Shown here in pieces: positions 27,499 through 35,463 of a stretch of 64,000 nucleotides of DNA. Source of the DNA: a virus (taxonomy: Duplodnaviria; Caudoviricetes). The position numbers were made by a program, and so were the translations under genes. How positions within the stretch are numbered: the stretch's first letter is position 1; each line of letters opens with the position of its first letter. The stretch spans positions 18,163 through 82,162 of the IMG/VR virus record IMGVR_UViG_3300005458_000015. One strand, written 5' to 3'. The notes beneath the pieces were generated by a model. The model was not told where the DNA came from and made no database searches. It saw only the letters and a list, made by a program, of their open reading frames with translations.

Positions 27499-28657
27499 GT
27501 CGGTTCTTCTCCAATGAATAGACCATCGCCCCCATACCGAACCGCTTCTCTGTCACTACGCAGTCGGCATCTCTACCAAGTGAGTCACTACCAGCCAAAT
27601 TAACCGCCTTAGGTGGACGCCATGAACCTCTTTCACCCTCACGATTGATCTGTGCAGCCGAGAGGATGGGGACATCAAACTGACAGGCCACTTCCTTGAC
27701 CTCTTCAACCACCTGAGCGACGTTCTCCCAGGACTGGGTGTACTTGTTGTTGGAAGTGGATGACATCAGTCCGATGTAGTCGATGACACCGAGATCAGGC
27801 TCATACTTGTTCACCAGTGATGCCACTGTTCGTGCTGTGACTCTTCCTCGTCTCCGGTCACAAATCCTGAACTGTCCTGGCACTTTGTCACTGATGTCAT
27901 TGAGCAACTGCTTGTATTCGATCAGATCAAGGTTCCGACCCTTGGCCAACTGATCGTTGGTGATGGAGTAACCGAGCAACCTGGCCAGGATGGTCTGAAT
28001 CCTGAACTCGATCTGTCTACGGTTCATCTCCAGTGAGAACATGACAACGCTCTTACCAACCATGAGGTTGGCACAGATGTCGTTGAGCAGATCCCAGGTC
28101 TTACCTTGACCCAACCGGGCTGCTTTCAGCCATAGATCTCCACCCTGCATCCCGAGGGTTCTCTCTTGCAGGGTCTTATGCGCAAAGACAGCACCAGGCT
28201 TGACCTCTGACTCACTACGGGTCAGAGCGAAGTCGAATGACTCTGAGGAATCCCTGATGCTGTCTTCGATGGTGTGTGCTGCATCGATACCTTGACCTAT
28301 CTTCATGGTTACTTGCATGAGATGGTCAAGAGCGTCTTCTGGCTCGTCTTCCTTCAACTTCTGAGTGGCTTCACGGATCATCCGTGCTGTAGCCCACTTC
28401 AGATGGTTCCGCTTAACTTGGTCAACCGCATACTCAACATCGGTGTGCTCACTGATCTCGAACTTGCCGAAGATGCTCTTGAAAGCACTCACTGATGGTT
28501 CGGTGCGGTACTTGACCTTGTAGTCCGTCAGCCACTCATACTCAGCCTTGTATTCATGAATGTGACCGGTTGTTACTCCAAGTTCCTCGGCTTGTAGTAC
28601 GTCACCGGTGTTCATCAACGCTGAGATGAGAAGGGCTTCAGGGTGTCGATCACCCAT
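27374..28657 (-). CDS. dnaB: DnaB-like replicative helicase
   Basis: AARLGQGKT, MFSLEM, VIDYIGLM, AAQINR, LAGSDSLGRDAD, EKNRHG. Confidence 0.92.
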   Translation of the reverse strand: MGDRHPEALLISALMNTGDVLQAEELGVTTGHIHEYKAEYEWLTDYKVKYRTEPSVSAFKSIFGKFEISEHTDVEYAVDQVKRNHLKWATARMIREATQKLKEDEPEDALDHLMQVTMKIGQGIDAAHTIEDSIRDSSESFDFALTRSESEVKPGAVFAHKTLQERTLGMQGGDLWLKAARLGQGKTWDLLNDICANLMVGKSVVMFSLEMNRRQIEFRIQTILARLLGYSITNDQLAKGRNLDLIEYKQLLNDISDKVPGQFRICDRRRGRVTARTVASLVNKYEPDLGVIDYIGLMSSTSNNKYTQSWENVAQVVEEVKEVACQFDVPILSAAQINREGERGSWRPPKAVNLAGSDSLGRDADCVVTEKRFGMGAMVYSLEKNRHGQSGDIWFSKFYPNIGDFEEISREQAEIIKAREGEFEEEV

Positions 28658-29024
28658 CTGTCCATCCCTTCGCCAGATGCTCATCGTGCTCTTGATCGTC
28701 GTGTTTGTCATCAACTAGTTGAAGGCACAATGCGCCCCCTTAGAGGGCCGAAGCCGCGAGCCATGCAGGGTGCTGGCGATCCAGGGACACGAGGCTGATG
28801 ATCAGTGATCTGATGCCGCCCTGTTACTCCACATGAAGCCCGGTTCCCACTTCTACGGCGTGGGTCCAGCGCCGGAGTTGACGTCGGGCGGAGCATTAGG
28901 CAAGATGGCCTCATTCTGTGAAGGAACGAAGCCCCTTGACCTTGGCCGGGATGGGGGCTTCGTTGTGTCTGGGGAGAGTTCTACACCCAGGTCTCCAAAA
29001 CCGTCAAGGATCTCCTCTTTCAAG

Positions 29025-29058
29025 AGCCCCGGTTTGGCAAAGGCCTCCGGGGCTTTTT
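29025..29058 (+). terminator. Terminator-like hairpin insulating the downstream promoter
   Basis: AGCCCCGG / CCGGGGCT then TTTT. Confidence 0.55.
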
Positions 29059-29069
29059 GCTGTATACCC

Positions 29070-29098
29070 TTGACATATGGTCTATGGTCTGTTATGTT
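29070..29098 (+). promoter_or_regulatory. Strong sigma70-type promoter
   Basis: TTGACA-17 nt-TATGTT with extended TG; +1 near 29105. Confidence 0.75.
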
Positions 29099-29104
29099 TT
29101 CCCT

Positions 29105-30235
29105 ATCGCAACAACCTAGCCCGGACGCCGGGAGATATGGGTGAGCGAGAGCACTTCAGACCGGAGAGAAAACGACCCGGTCAACCGGAAGGACAACCGG
29201 TCTCAACCCGACCAGCCCAGTCGTAACTACCGGGCCAGTGCGGAGCAACCAGCCGCCAGAGGGAAGATGGCTCAGCCCGAGAAAGGTGAGCCCTCGGTGA
29301 TGGAACTGGCCACCGAGCGAACAAGAGCCAGCGGTAGTGGCACCGATGTTGGTCGAGTCGGCTAAGAGGGGACGTCGAGCCTCCCACTACCACTACCACC
29401 ACCTCACTTGATGATTGGGCCGACTGACACTCGGCCCTTTCGTCGTATCTGGACACACTAGGGTCCAGTGACGTATACTTTGATCAGTGCCACTGAGGTG
29501 GTGCTTAGCGTCTCCTCTGTGCCGGTGGGAACCTGCCAGAGTGCGGGGGAGTGACGGCAAATGAGTAGAGACGCAAGGCTATGCGCCGATCCCAACGACA
29601 CCATTGAGTGTGTCGAGTGAGACTTCTGGGTGATCGTATTTTCACCGCTAACCCATAAAGAGGGGACGACGTGCCTGCCCGTTTGAGTCGGGCCATAGCC
29701 ACTTGAGCAAGGTCAGGGAGGTTAATCCTTGAACTTGCTCACCCCGTACTGGTTAGGGATACACACGGCTGGACCAACCACGAGCCCTACGTGCCAGCAT
29801 GGACCACCGCCCGTTCGAGTCGGGCTACGGGGACTACCTGCTGATCGAATTGGCGTGGCAAAGGTCGGATTCGGTCAGTAGCCCCAACCCCCCCGGACAG
29901 GTGGCTGGGGTGGGAGAGCCACGGGCCTGGCTAAACAGTGGCACCCTGCACTGAGAGCATCTGTGGGAGACCCGAATGCTGATCGACACAGGTGCTCTCT
30001 GTGGAGGGTTGAACCCCTCAATGTCACCTATACAGGAGTGGTAACGCTAACGGAGTAGTTAAGAGCCAGCGATCCTTCGGATCTAAGGCGTCTAGATCAG
30101 TGATACATAGGCTGACCGCGAAACGATAGCAAGTCCCAGGCTGGTTAGGTGGCTAACAAGGCCCCCTGCCACTCAGAAACCATAGAAGTCCCTACGCGGC
30201 GTTGGTGGAGGGTGGAATCACAGGGGGTCTTGTCA
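29105..30235 (+). ncRNA. Candidate giant ornate non-coding RNA (~1.1 kb)
   Basis: No credible ORF; own promoter; many stems, two T-loop hairpins, a cUUCGg tetraloop and a 13-bp 3' closing stem. Confidence 0.7.
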
Positions 30236-30274
30236 TGCCCAAAGTCAGGTATGCATCATATGTTGCATGACTGG

Positions 30275-30310
30275 TTGACATAGGGTATGACTGCTGCTAC
30301 ACTTGAGGCA
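30275..30310 (+). promoter_or_regulatory. Consensus sigma70-type promoter
   Basis: TTGACA-17 nt-TACACT within TGCTACACTTGAGGCA. Confidence 0.8.
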
Positions 30311-30346
30311 CAGCGGGAAATACCCGCCAAGAACCGAGGAGGTTCA

Positions 30347-30697
30347 ATGTCCGAGACGCCAACCAGCGTCCCTCCGCCCCGCAAGTCGCCTGCAAGTGGT
30401 GACAAGCCGGTCGAGGACAAGGCGGCAGAGACGGTGCACGAGACGACCGACAAGGTCGCCTCCGAGGCCAAGGGCTTCCGAGCCCGAGTCCGCGCCATCC
30501 GCAACGACGAGGACATCCGTTCCCTCACCAAGGACGCAAAGCCGTTCTTGGCTGGAGCGGCCATCGTCGGCGGAGCGTTCGTGGACCCGGTGCTCACAGC
30601 CACTGTGGCCGTCAACCGGATCGGTCGCCGCATCCAGACCGCTTATCAGCACACCAAGGCGCACGAAGCGGCGCACCGGGACACGACGGAGTCCTGA
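30347..30697 (+). CDS. Hypothetical protein (116 aa)
   Basis: GGAGG RBS; disordered N-terminus plus hydrophobic segment FLAGAAIVGGAFVDPVLTATVAV. Confidence 0.7.
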   Translation: MSETPTSVPPPRKSPASGDKPVEDKAAETVHETTDKVASEAKGFRARVRAIRNDEDIRSLTKDAKPFLAGAAIVGGAFVDPVLTATVAVNRIGRRIQTAYQHTKAHEAAHRDTTES

Positions 30698-30703
30698 CGG
30701 ATC

Positions 30704-30750
30704 GAGGCCCTACCTACCATTCGCTAGCGGTGGTAAGTGGGGCCTCTTTC
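30704..30750 (+). terminator. Intrinsic terminator
   Basis: GAGGCCC...GGGCCTC then TTTC. Confidence 0.6.
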
Positions 30751-30760
30751 GTTATGCCTA

Positions 30761-30796
30761 TAGCAAATACCATGATCCTATGCTACACTTGATGCA
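30761..30796 (+). promoter_or_regulatory. Sigma70-type promoter
   Basis: TAGCAA-17 nt-TACACT within TGCTACACTTGATGCA. Confidence 0.55.
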
Positions 30797-30820
30797 CAGG
30801 TGCTAACCAAGGAGGAAGAC

Positions 30821-31198
30821 ATGGCATTTGCGACCGACGATCGCGGCAACGTGATCTACCGAACCACCGAGATGGACATACCGGTTGAGGAGGTTCAGCC
30901 GGGTGATCTTCTCTTCGACATCCCAGTGATCTTCTCGGAGCCACACTCCGACTGGATCTGGTCTCTCACCGCAGAGACACCTGGGTCGGAGTCAGGGATC
31001 ACCATGCTGATCACCAAAGGCAACTCGGTCATCATCAAACGGTCGGTCCCACTGGAAGAGAACCAGTGCATCGACTGCGGCAGACTCGGAGTCAAGTACG
31101 CCGCCAAGCGTCAGTGTAGCGCTTGTTACCAACGCAAGCACCGAGAGGCAGCCCGAAGGAATTCATCCAGGCCCGAGCAACTCAGGCTTCTGGGGTGA
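30821..31198 (+). CDS. Hypothetical protein with C-terminal zinc finger
   Basis: GGAGG RBS; CIDC...CSAC. Confidence 0.7.
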   Translation: MAFATDDRGNVIYRTTEMDIPVEEVQPGDLLFDIPVIFSEPHSDWIWSLTAETPGSESGITMLITKGNSVIIKRSVPLEENQCIDCGRLGVKYAAKRQCSACYQRKHREAARRNSSRPEQLRLLG

Positions 31199-31217
31199 GC
31201 AGCCTTCGGGCTGCTTC
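31197..31217 (+). terminator. UUCG-capped hairpin terminator
   Basis: GCAGCC-TTCG-GGCTGC. Confidence 0.55.
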
Positions 31218-31227
31218 ACGTTTACCC

Positions 31228-31256
31228 TTGTTTGCATACCCTATGCATGGTATGAT
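31228..31256 (+). promoter_or_regulatory. Sigma70-type promoter
   Basis: TTGTTT-17 nt-TATGAT with extended TG. Confidence 0.6.
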
Positions 31257-31297
31257 GCATAGGTAGTCACCAAACTGGTGGCATAAGGAGGCAAGAA

Positions 31298-31546
31298 ATG
31301 AAGATGCTGAAGCGCATGTGGAAGCGGTTCACCTTCGTGGCGCTCATCATGACCGTCATCGCACTGGTGATCCGCAAGACCACAACCGCGTACTTCGGAC
31401 TCTTCGGAGCCCCAACCAAAGCCCCGAAGTCGTTCCGCGACAACTGGCAGGACGTGAAGGACACCTTGGGCTTCGACACCGCCCGCGACATGGACTCCCC
31501 GGAGATCATCAAGGAGCGGCGTCGAGACCTAGGCCTCCCGGACTGA
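31298..31546 (+). CDS. Small membrane protein
   Basis: AAGGAGG RBS; N-terminal TM FTFVALIMTVIALVI. Confidence 0.7.
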   Translation: MKMLKRMWKRFTFVALIMTVIALVIRKTTTAYFGLFGAPTKAPKSFRDNWQDVKDTLGFDTARDMDSPEIIKERRRDLGLPD

Positions 31547-31550
31547 CCAG

Positions 31551-31576
31551 CGCCGTGGCCCTTCGGGGCTGCGGTG
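31551..31576 (+). terminator. UUCG-capped hairpin
   Basis: CGCCGTGGCCC-TTCG-GGGCTGCGGTG. Confidence 0.5.
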
Positions 31577-31763
31577 TCTCTGAACATCCGAGGCAAGAAC
31601 GTCGCATCAAGTGAGGCACAAGTAAGGAGAGAGACGACCCGAACCATGATCCTGATACATGACTCTGTGTAGGGTTATAGTCCAGTGACGGAGGGTGTGG
31701 TAGACTGCATCCACCGCCGACGAAGGGTGGCGGATTCTGATGCCCGAAGGAAGGAGGAATGTG

Positions 31764-32036
31764 ATGGCACGAACAGTGAGCCCCGTTACTCTGAGTGTTG
31801 ATGCAGTGGACGGCGATGGCGCTCGACAAGTGCAAATCGAGAAGATCGTTTTCAACTTCGAGCGTTACCTACGTAAGCGTCGTGGTCCACTGACCAGCAT
31901 CAGATGGCGACGGGACATCAACAAGTTCCTGACCACACAAGGCACCACCTACGAGCAGATCAGAGCCAGGCTTGAGTCGGACCTCAACTTGGAACTGACC
32001 CTGACGGAGAACGAACTACGGGAGATCATTCGGTGA
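31764..32036 (+). CDS. Hypothetical protein
   Basis: AGGAGG RBS; 90 aa. Confidence 0.7.
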   Translation: MARTVSPVTLSVDAVDGDGARQVQIEKIVFNFERYLRKRRGPLTSIRWRRDINKFLTTQGTTYEQIRARLESDLNLELTLTENELREIIR

Positions 32037-32050
32037 TCAAGCCGTAGGAC

Positions 32051-32080
32051 AAGGCCCCATCAACCGGTGGGGCCTTTCTC
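32051..32080 (+). terminator. Intrinsic terminator
   Basis: AAGGCCCCA / TGGGGCCTT then TCTC. Confidence 0.6.
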
Positions 32081-32097
32081 TATGTCTAAGGAGCCCT

Positions 32098-32286
32098 GTG
32101 GAGATCAAGTTGAAGGCCAAGTACAAACGGTCCACTGTGACCAAGCAGAAGGGAGGGCACAACGACGGCCTGCGTGGGTTGAAGCGGATCAAGGTCGGCA
32201 GAGCAGCCCATGAGAAGAGGTTCGGTCCTCAGCGGGACCGAATCATGATCATGGAGAACAACAAGATCCGCTTCGAGGATCTCTAA
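32098..32286 (+). CDS. Small basic protein
   Basis: 62 aa; AAGGAG RBS. Confidence 0.6.
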   Translation: MEIKLKAKYKRSTVTKQKGGHNDGLRGLKRIKVGRAAHEKRFGPQRDRIMIMENNKIRFEDL

Positions 32287-32294
32287 GGAAGACG

Positions 32295-32492
32295 ATGATG
32301 GCTACCAAGTTCTTCGGTGGCGTACTCGCCACCTTCGGAATTCTCAACCTGATTGCGTTCCCGGTCTTGATCTTCCTAGGGATCTGGAGTGACGGCAACG
32401 TCGTCCATCGCTACGTCGGGACAGGGTTCCTCTGCCTTCTGTTCGGGCTCATTTGTTTCGGTATCGGAATGTTCATGATTGAGGAGGGTTAA
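32295..32492 (+). CDS. Two-TM membrane protein
   Basis: 65 aa with two hydrophobic helices. Confidence 0.7.
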   Translation: MMATKFFGGVLATFGILNLIAFPVLIFLGIWSDGNVVHRYVGTGFLCLLFGLICFGIGMFMIEEG

Positions 32493-33055
32493 TGGCAATT
32501 CGCACTGTCCAGGTCACGGAGACCTACAAGGTCCCGGACTTCCTTACCAACGTCGAGAGAGGAGTGAAGGTCCTCGACAAGGTCGTCCCGGGTTGGTCCG
32601 ACAAGATCAACCTCATCGAGTTGAACCTGGCTCGGGCCAACTCTTGTGTGGTGGGGCAACTCGCCCTTCAGGAACTGCTCAACGGAGCCACCGGCTACTT
32701 CGACGGCATCAAGTGGCTCAAGGAGCAGAAGGCCATTGCCAAGGACAAGGAAGACTCCTTCTACGGTTTCAACCTTCCGGTCGAGTCAGATGAGGCAGTG
32801 GAGTGGATTCTCCGTCAGCCCAAGACCCACCCCTGGCAACCTCTCGTCGGGACACAGACCCAGCGAACAACCGAAGTTGAGACTGTGGTGATGGGGGTCT
32901 TCTGGGACTACCTCACCTCGATCTGGGTCCAGGTCATCAAGGACCGCCAGGAGCACAGCCGACAGGTCAGGAAGGCTCAGCGGGCGGCCAAGAAGGCAAC
33001 CGCCAAGAAGACACCGGCCAAGGTGGCGAAGAAGGCCACTCGTGCACGCCACTGA
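32492..33055 (+). CDS. Hypothetical protein, paralog of 42169-42891
   Basis: GVKVLDKVVPGWSDKINL..L.L....CVVGQL; K/A-rich histone-like tail. Confidence 0.75.
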   Translation: MAIRTVQVTETYKVPDFLTNVERGVKVLDKVVPGWSDKINLIELNLARANSCVVGQLALQELLNGATGYFDGIKWLKEQKAIAKDKEDSFYGFNLPVESDEAVEWILRQPKTHPWQPLVGTQTQRTTEVETVVMGVFWDYLTSIWVQVIKDRQEHSRQVRKAQRAAKKATAKKTPAKVAKKATRARH

Positions 33056-33260
33056 ACGTCTCTCCGACCGTTACGAGAGGCTGGTGCGGTACGGAGAAGC
33101 ACACCAGTCTTCTCCTCTTCAGCGGCGGTTCGGTCAGGTACAAGTGATGAGAGCATTGCTACGTCTCGCCGCTAAAGAGGGGGTGCAACTTCGCCATGGC
33201 ACGGTCAAACACGCAAGGGACCTCATCCGATACCAAGAAAAGAGGTGCATCAAAGAATGA
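33042..33260 (+). CDS. Small basic hypothetical protein
   Basis: 72 aa; stop coupled to the next start. Confidence 0.55.
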   Translation: MHATERLSDRYERLVRYGEAHQSSPLQRRFGQVQVMRALLRLAAKEGVQLRHGTVKHARDLIRYQEKRCIKE

Positions 33261-33481
33261 CCGAAGACGCAGCCGTGGCATTCACGGTCTCGTTCGTAAT
33301 CCTCTGCATATTGGGGGGCGTGGTCGCAGGGGTAATGGCAGGGATCAACGCGACGGATCGAGTGAACAACCGACTCCAGAAGATCGGAGTCCAGTGCGTG
33401 AACAACCCGGAACGGATCTGGGTGCACAACAACTGTCTCCAGAAGGACACCCCAGTGAGCATCGCCGCCAACGGCAATTAG
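33257..33481 (+). CDS. Single-pass membrane protein
   Basis: AVAFTVSFVILCILGGVVAGVMAGI. Confidence 0.65.
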   Translation: MTEDAAVAFTVSFVILCILGGVVAGVMAGINATDRVNNRLQKIGVQCVNNPERIWVHNNCLQKDTPVSIAANGN

Positions 33482-33658
33482 CCTGCGCCGACTGCATCGT
33501 TCACCTGACCCACCACCCGCTTACCGATGAATGTCTGGACGGCATCATCGATTTCCTCGACTCCATCTATGACGAGTCCCAGATCGACGGCTCGGATCGG
33601 GTCGAGAGGTACTACTTCGAGTATGAGGAACGGGTCCTCTACTCACTGACGAAAGGAA

Positions 33659-34219
33659 GTGATGGTGCAGCGGCATCAGCAGGCCGTGAAGGTTCTGATT
33701 GGCATTTTGCTGGGAGTAGTTCTCCTGACTGATGCCCTCATAAGCGGAAGGCAACATGGAACTACTGTGGCTGTTGCCAGCAGTGTTAGTGACGTTCATC
33801 GCATGGTTGCTAACCGCCCGGCATCTGCGGAAAGCACGCGCGACCAGCGCCGTCATGCACTCCAACTACTTGGACTCACAACGGCGAAGAAGAGAGCGAC
33901 TGTCAAGATCCATGTCGCTAGAACAAGAACACACGTCAGTGCGAGTGCTGCCCCCATCACATCAGCAGAGCAATGGGCGGCATCGGCGCGGGTAAGACGC
34001 ATCATCTACTGCGAGAGCACTGACAACCCAAGAGTTGTCTCTGTCCATAACGGTGTGACCTACTACGGGCTCTACCAGATGAACAGAGACTTCTGGATTA
34101 CCTATGGAGGCAATGCCTCTTACCTCAGTGACCCATTCAACGCCCCGGTGTGGTTACAGAACGAGGTTGCCTATCGGGGATTCCTTGCCCGTGGCTATGA
34201 GCCATGGGCCTGTGCGTGA
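33659..34219 (+). CDS. Secreted Rpf-like lytic transglycosylase
   Basis: N-terminal TM/signal; C-terminal IIYCES...N......YYGLYQM...W..YGG....AP...Q..VA.......G..PW.C. Confidence 0.75.
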   Translation: MMVQRHQQAVKVLIGILLGVVLLTDALISGRQHGTTVAVASSVSDVHRMVANRPASAESTRDQRRHALQLLGLTTAKKRATVKIHVARTRTHVSASAAPITSAEQWAASARVRRIIYCESTDNPRVVSVHNGVTYYGLYQMNRDFWITYGGNASYLSDPFNAPVWLQNEVAYRGFLARGYEPWACA

Positions 34220-34229
34220 AAGGACCACC

Positions 34230-34721
34230 ATGCCCATCCGCGACATCCTTGCAGATAACATCTTCTACGACCTCAAGCGCAACGACCACATCGTGTTCTC
34301 GCTGAACACCTTGGGCGTGCATCCGAAGGGAGCCGGTTACGGCGTCGTCAACGACATCGTTGATATGTACTGTGCCGACTTCAAGGACACCGGTACTCAC
34401 AACCTGGGGGACATCGTCACCCACGAGGTCCCCGAGCACCATCTGTGGTTGCACGGCATCGTCAACCACGACCCTGCCCACGGCTGGCAATCAGAGGGTG
34501 AGTTCAACAAGGACTCGTACCTCGCCACTGTGACAGCGCTGAACGAGTTGTACGAGAAGTACGACGACGAACTCGTCCGACCGATGCGGTCCCTTTGGCT
34601 GGGCAGAGGGAAGATGCGCAAGATCGGTGAGACCCCAGGCAACATCCTCTGGATGATGCAGATGATGGCCACTTCCAAGTTGGAGACCGTCGTCTACGTT
34701 CTCGACGGGTACGAGTTCTGA
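34230..34721 (+). CDS. Macrodomain-like protein (tentative)
   Basis: NIFY..HIVFSLN..G...GAGYGVV..I / LGD.V / ALNEL / SLWLGRG matches the macro-fold motif order. Confidence 0.4.
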   Translation: MPIRDILADNIFYDLKRNDHIVFSLNTLGVHPKGAGYGVVNDIVDMYCADFKDTGTHNLGDIVTHEVPEHHLWLHGIVNHDPAHGWQSEGEFNKDSYLATVTALNELYEKYDDELVRPMRSLWLGRGKMRKIGETPGNILWMMQMMATSKLETVVYVLDGYEF

Positions 34722-34942
34722 TGAGCCAGCCCAGAGCAGCACGCTGGATCGGTTGGCTGCTCATCATCGGTGTCAGCATGTATTTCTTCTCAGGAGCCTG
34801 GGAGGTTCTCATCGCCGTCATGCTGAGCCTCTGCTTGGTGTTGTTCTTCCTCTTCTTGCTGGGGCTTGTCGCCAAGTCCCTCGGGATAGCAGCACTGGAG
34901 TTTGCAATCCTTCGCAAGATCTTCCACAAGAAAAAGGTGTAG
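34721..34942 (+). CDS. Membrane protein
   Basis: 73 aa, mostly hydrophobic, basic C-terminus. Confidence 0.65.
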   Translation: MSQPRAARWIGWLLIIGVSMYFFSGAWEVLIAVMLSLCLVLFFLFLLGLVAKSLGIAALEFAILRKIFHKKKV

Positions 34943-35194
34943 ATGCCACCACAAGCACGTACCAACGAAGCGGACCAGTGGCGAGACAAAGCGGAGGAAG
35001 CCCTTCGCAAGTTCTCCAGGGCGATGGACTTCTTCATGTTCGCCACCGCCCAACTGGTTCGTTTGACCGCAATCCACAAACCGGACGACTACAACCACTG
35101 CGTGTGCTGCAAAGCACCTTGGCCCTGTGAGACAGCACAAGTGGTGAGAAAGATTGGTAGCGCATGGGGGACGACACAGAAAGAAGTGAAGTGA
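34943..35194 (+). CDS. Hypothetical protein with HxP..C..C...WPC motif
   Basis: IHKPDDYNHCVCCKAPWPCET. Confidence 0.7.
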   Translation: MPPQARTNEADQWRDKAEEALRKFSRAMDFFMFATAQLVRLTAIHKPDDYNHCVCCKAPWPCETAQVVRKIGSAWGTTQKEVK

Positions 35195-35463
35195 CCACTA
35201 CCGTTCACGACACGGTCTCTGCCGAGAACCTTCAATGGGGCTGCGAGCGGTGCGAGGACTGCCCGTACTGCAACCCAAAGCACGGCAAGGCTCCGAACCG
35301 CCTACCGTGGCGCTATTGGCGCGGGCAGTGGTCAGGGCGATGGCCAAGCCTCGGTGGCGACGAGTGGTGCCGCCGCACGCTGGTCATCCCCATTCCACTA
35401 CTCGGCGCGTTCGTGTTCCCGTTATGGACGTGCCGCGAGGGATGTGAGCACTGTGTCCGATGA
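35191..35463 (+). CDS. Cys/Trp-rich hypothetical protein
   Basis: GTGA overlap; CERCEDCPYC, GGDEWCRRTLV. Confidence 0.6.
   Translation: MTTTVHDTVSAENLQWGCERCEDCPYCNPKHGKAPNRLPWRYWRGQWSGRWPSLGGDEWCRRTLVIPIPLLGAFVFPLWTCREGCEHCVR

Noticed and set aside
29141-29702. Short ORFs 29141-29365 (+), 29181-29456 (-) and 29505-29702 (-)
   Set aside because: They have low-complexity, unprotein-like composition and no convincing RBS, and they overlap extensive RNA helices.
29105-30235. Group I or group II intron, tmRNA or RNase P identity for the large RNA
   Set aside because: It does not interrupt a gene. I could not find a group II domain V, a group I P7/S motif in proper context, tmRNA termini or the RNase P P4 signature. 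A covariance search is still needed.
33196-33732. 178-aa ORF whose C-terminal half looks coding (CADC..H...DECLDGIIDFLDSIY)
   Set aside because: It has no good start codon after the preceding gene and overlaps both neighbours; it is left unannotated although part may be real.
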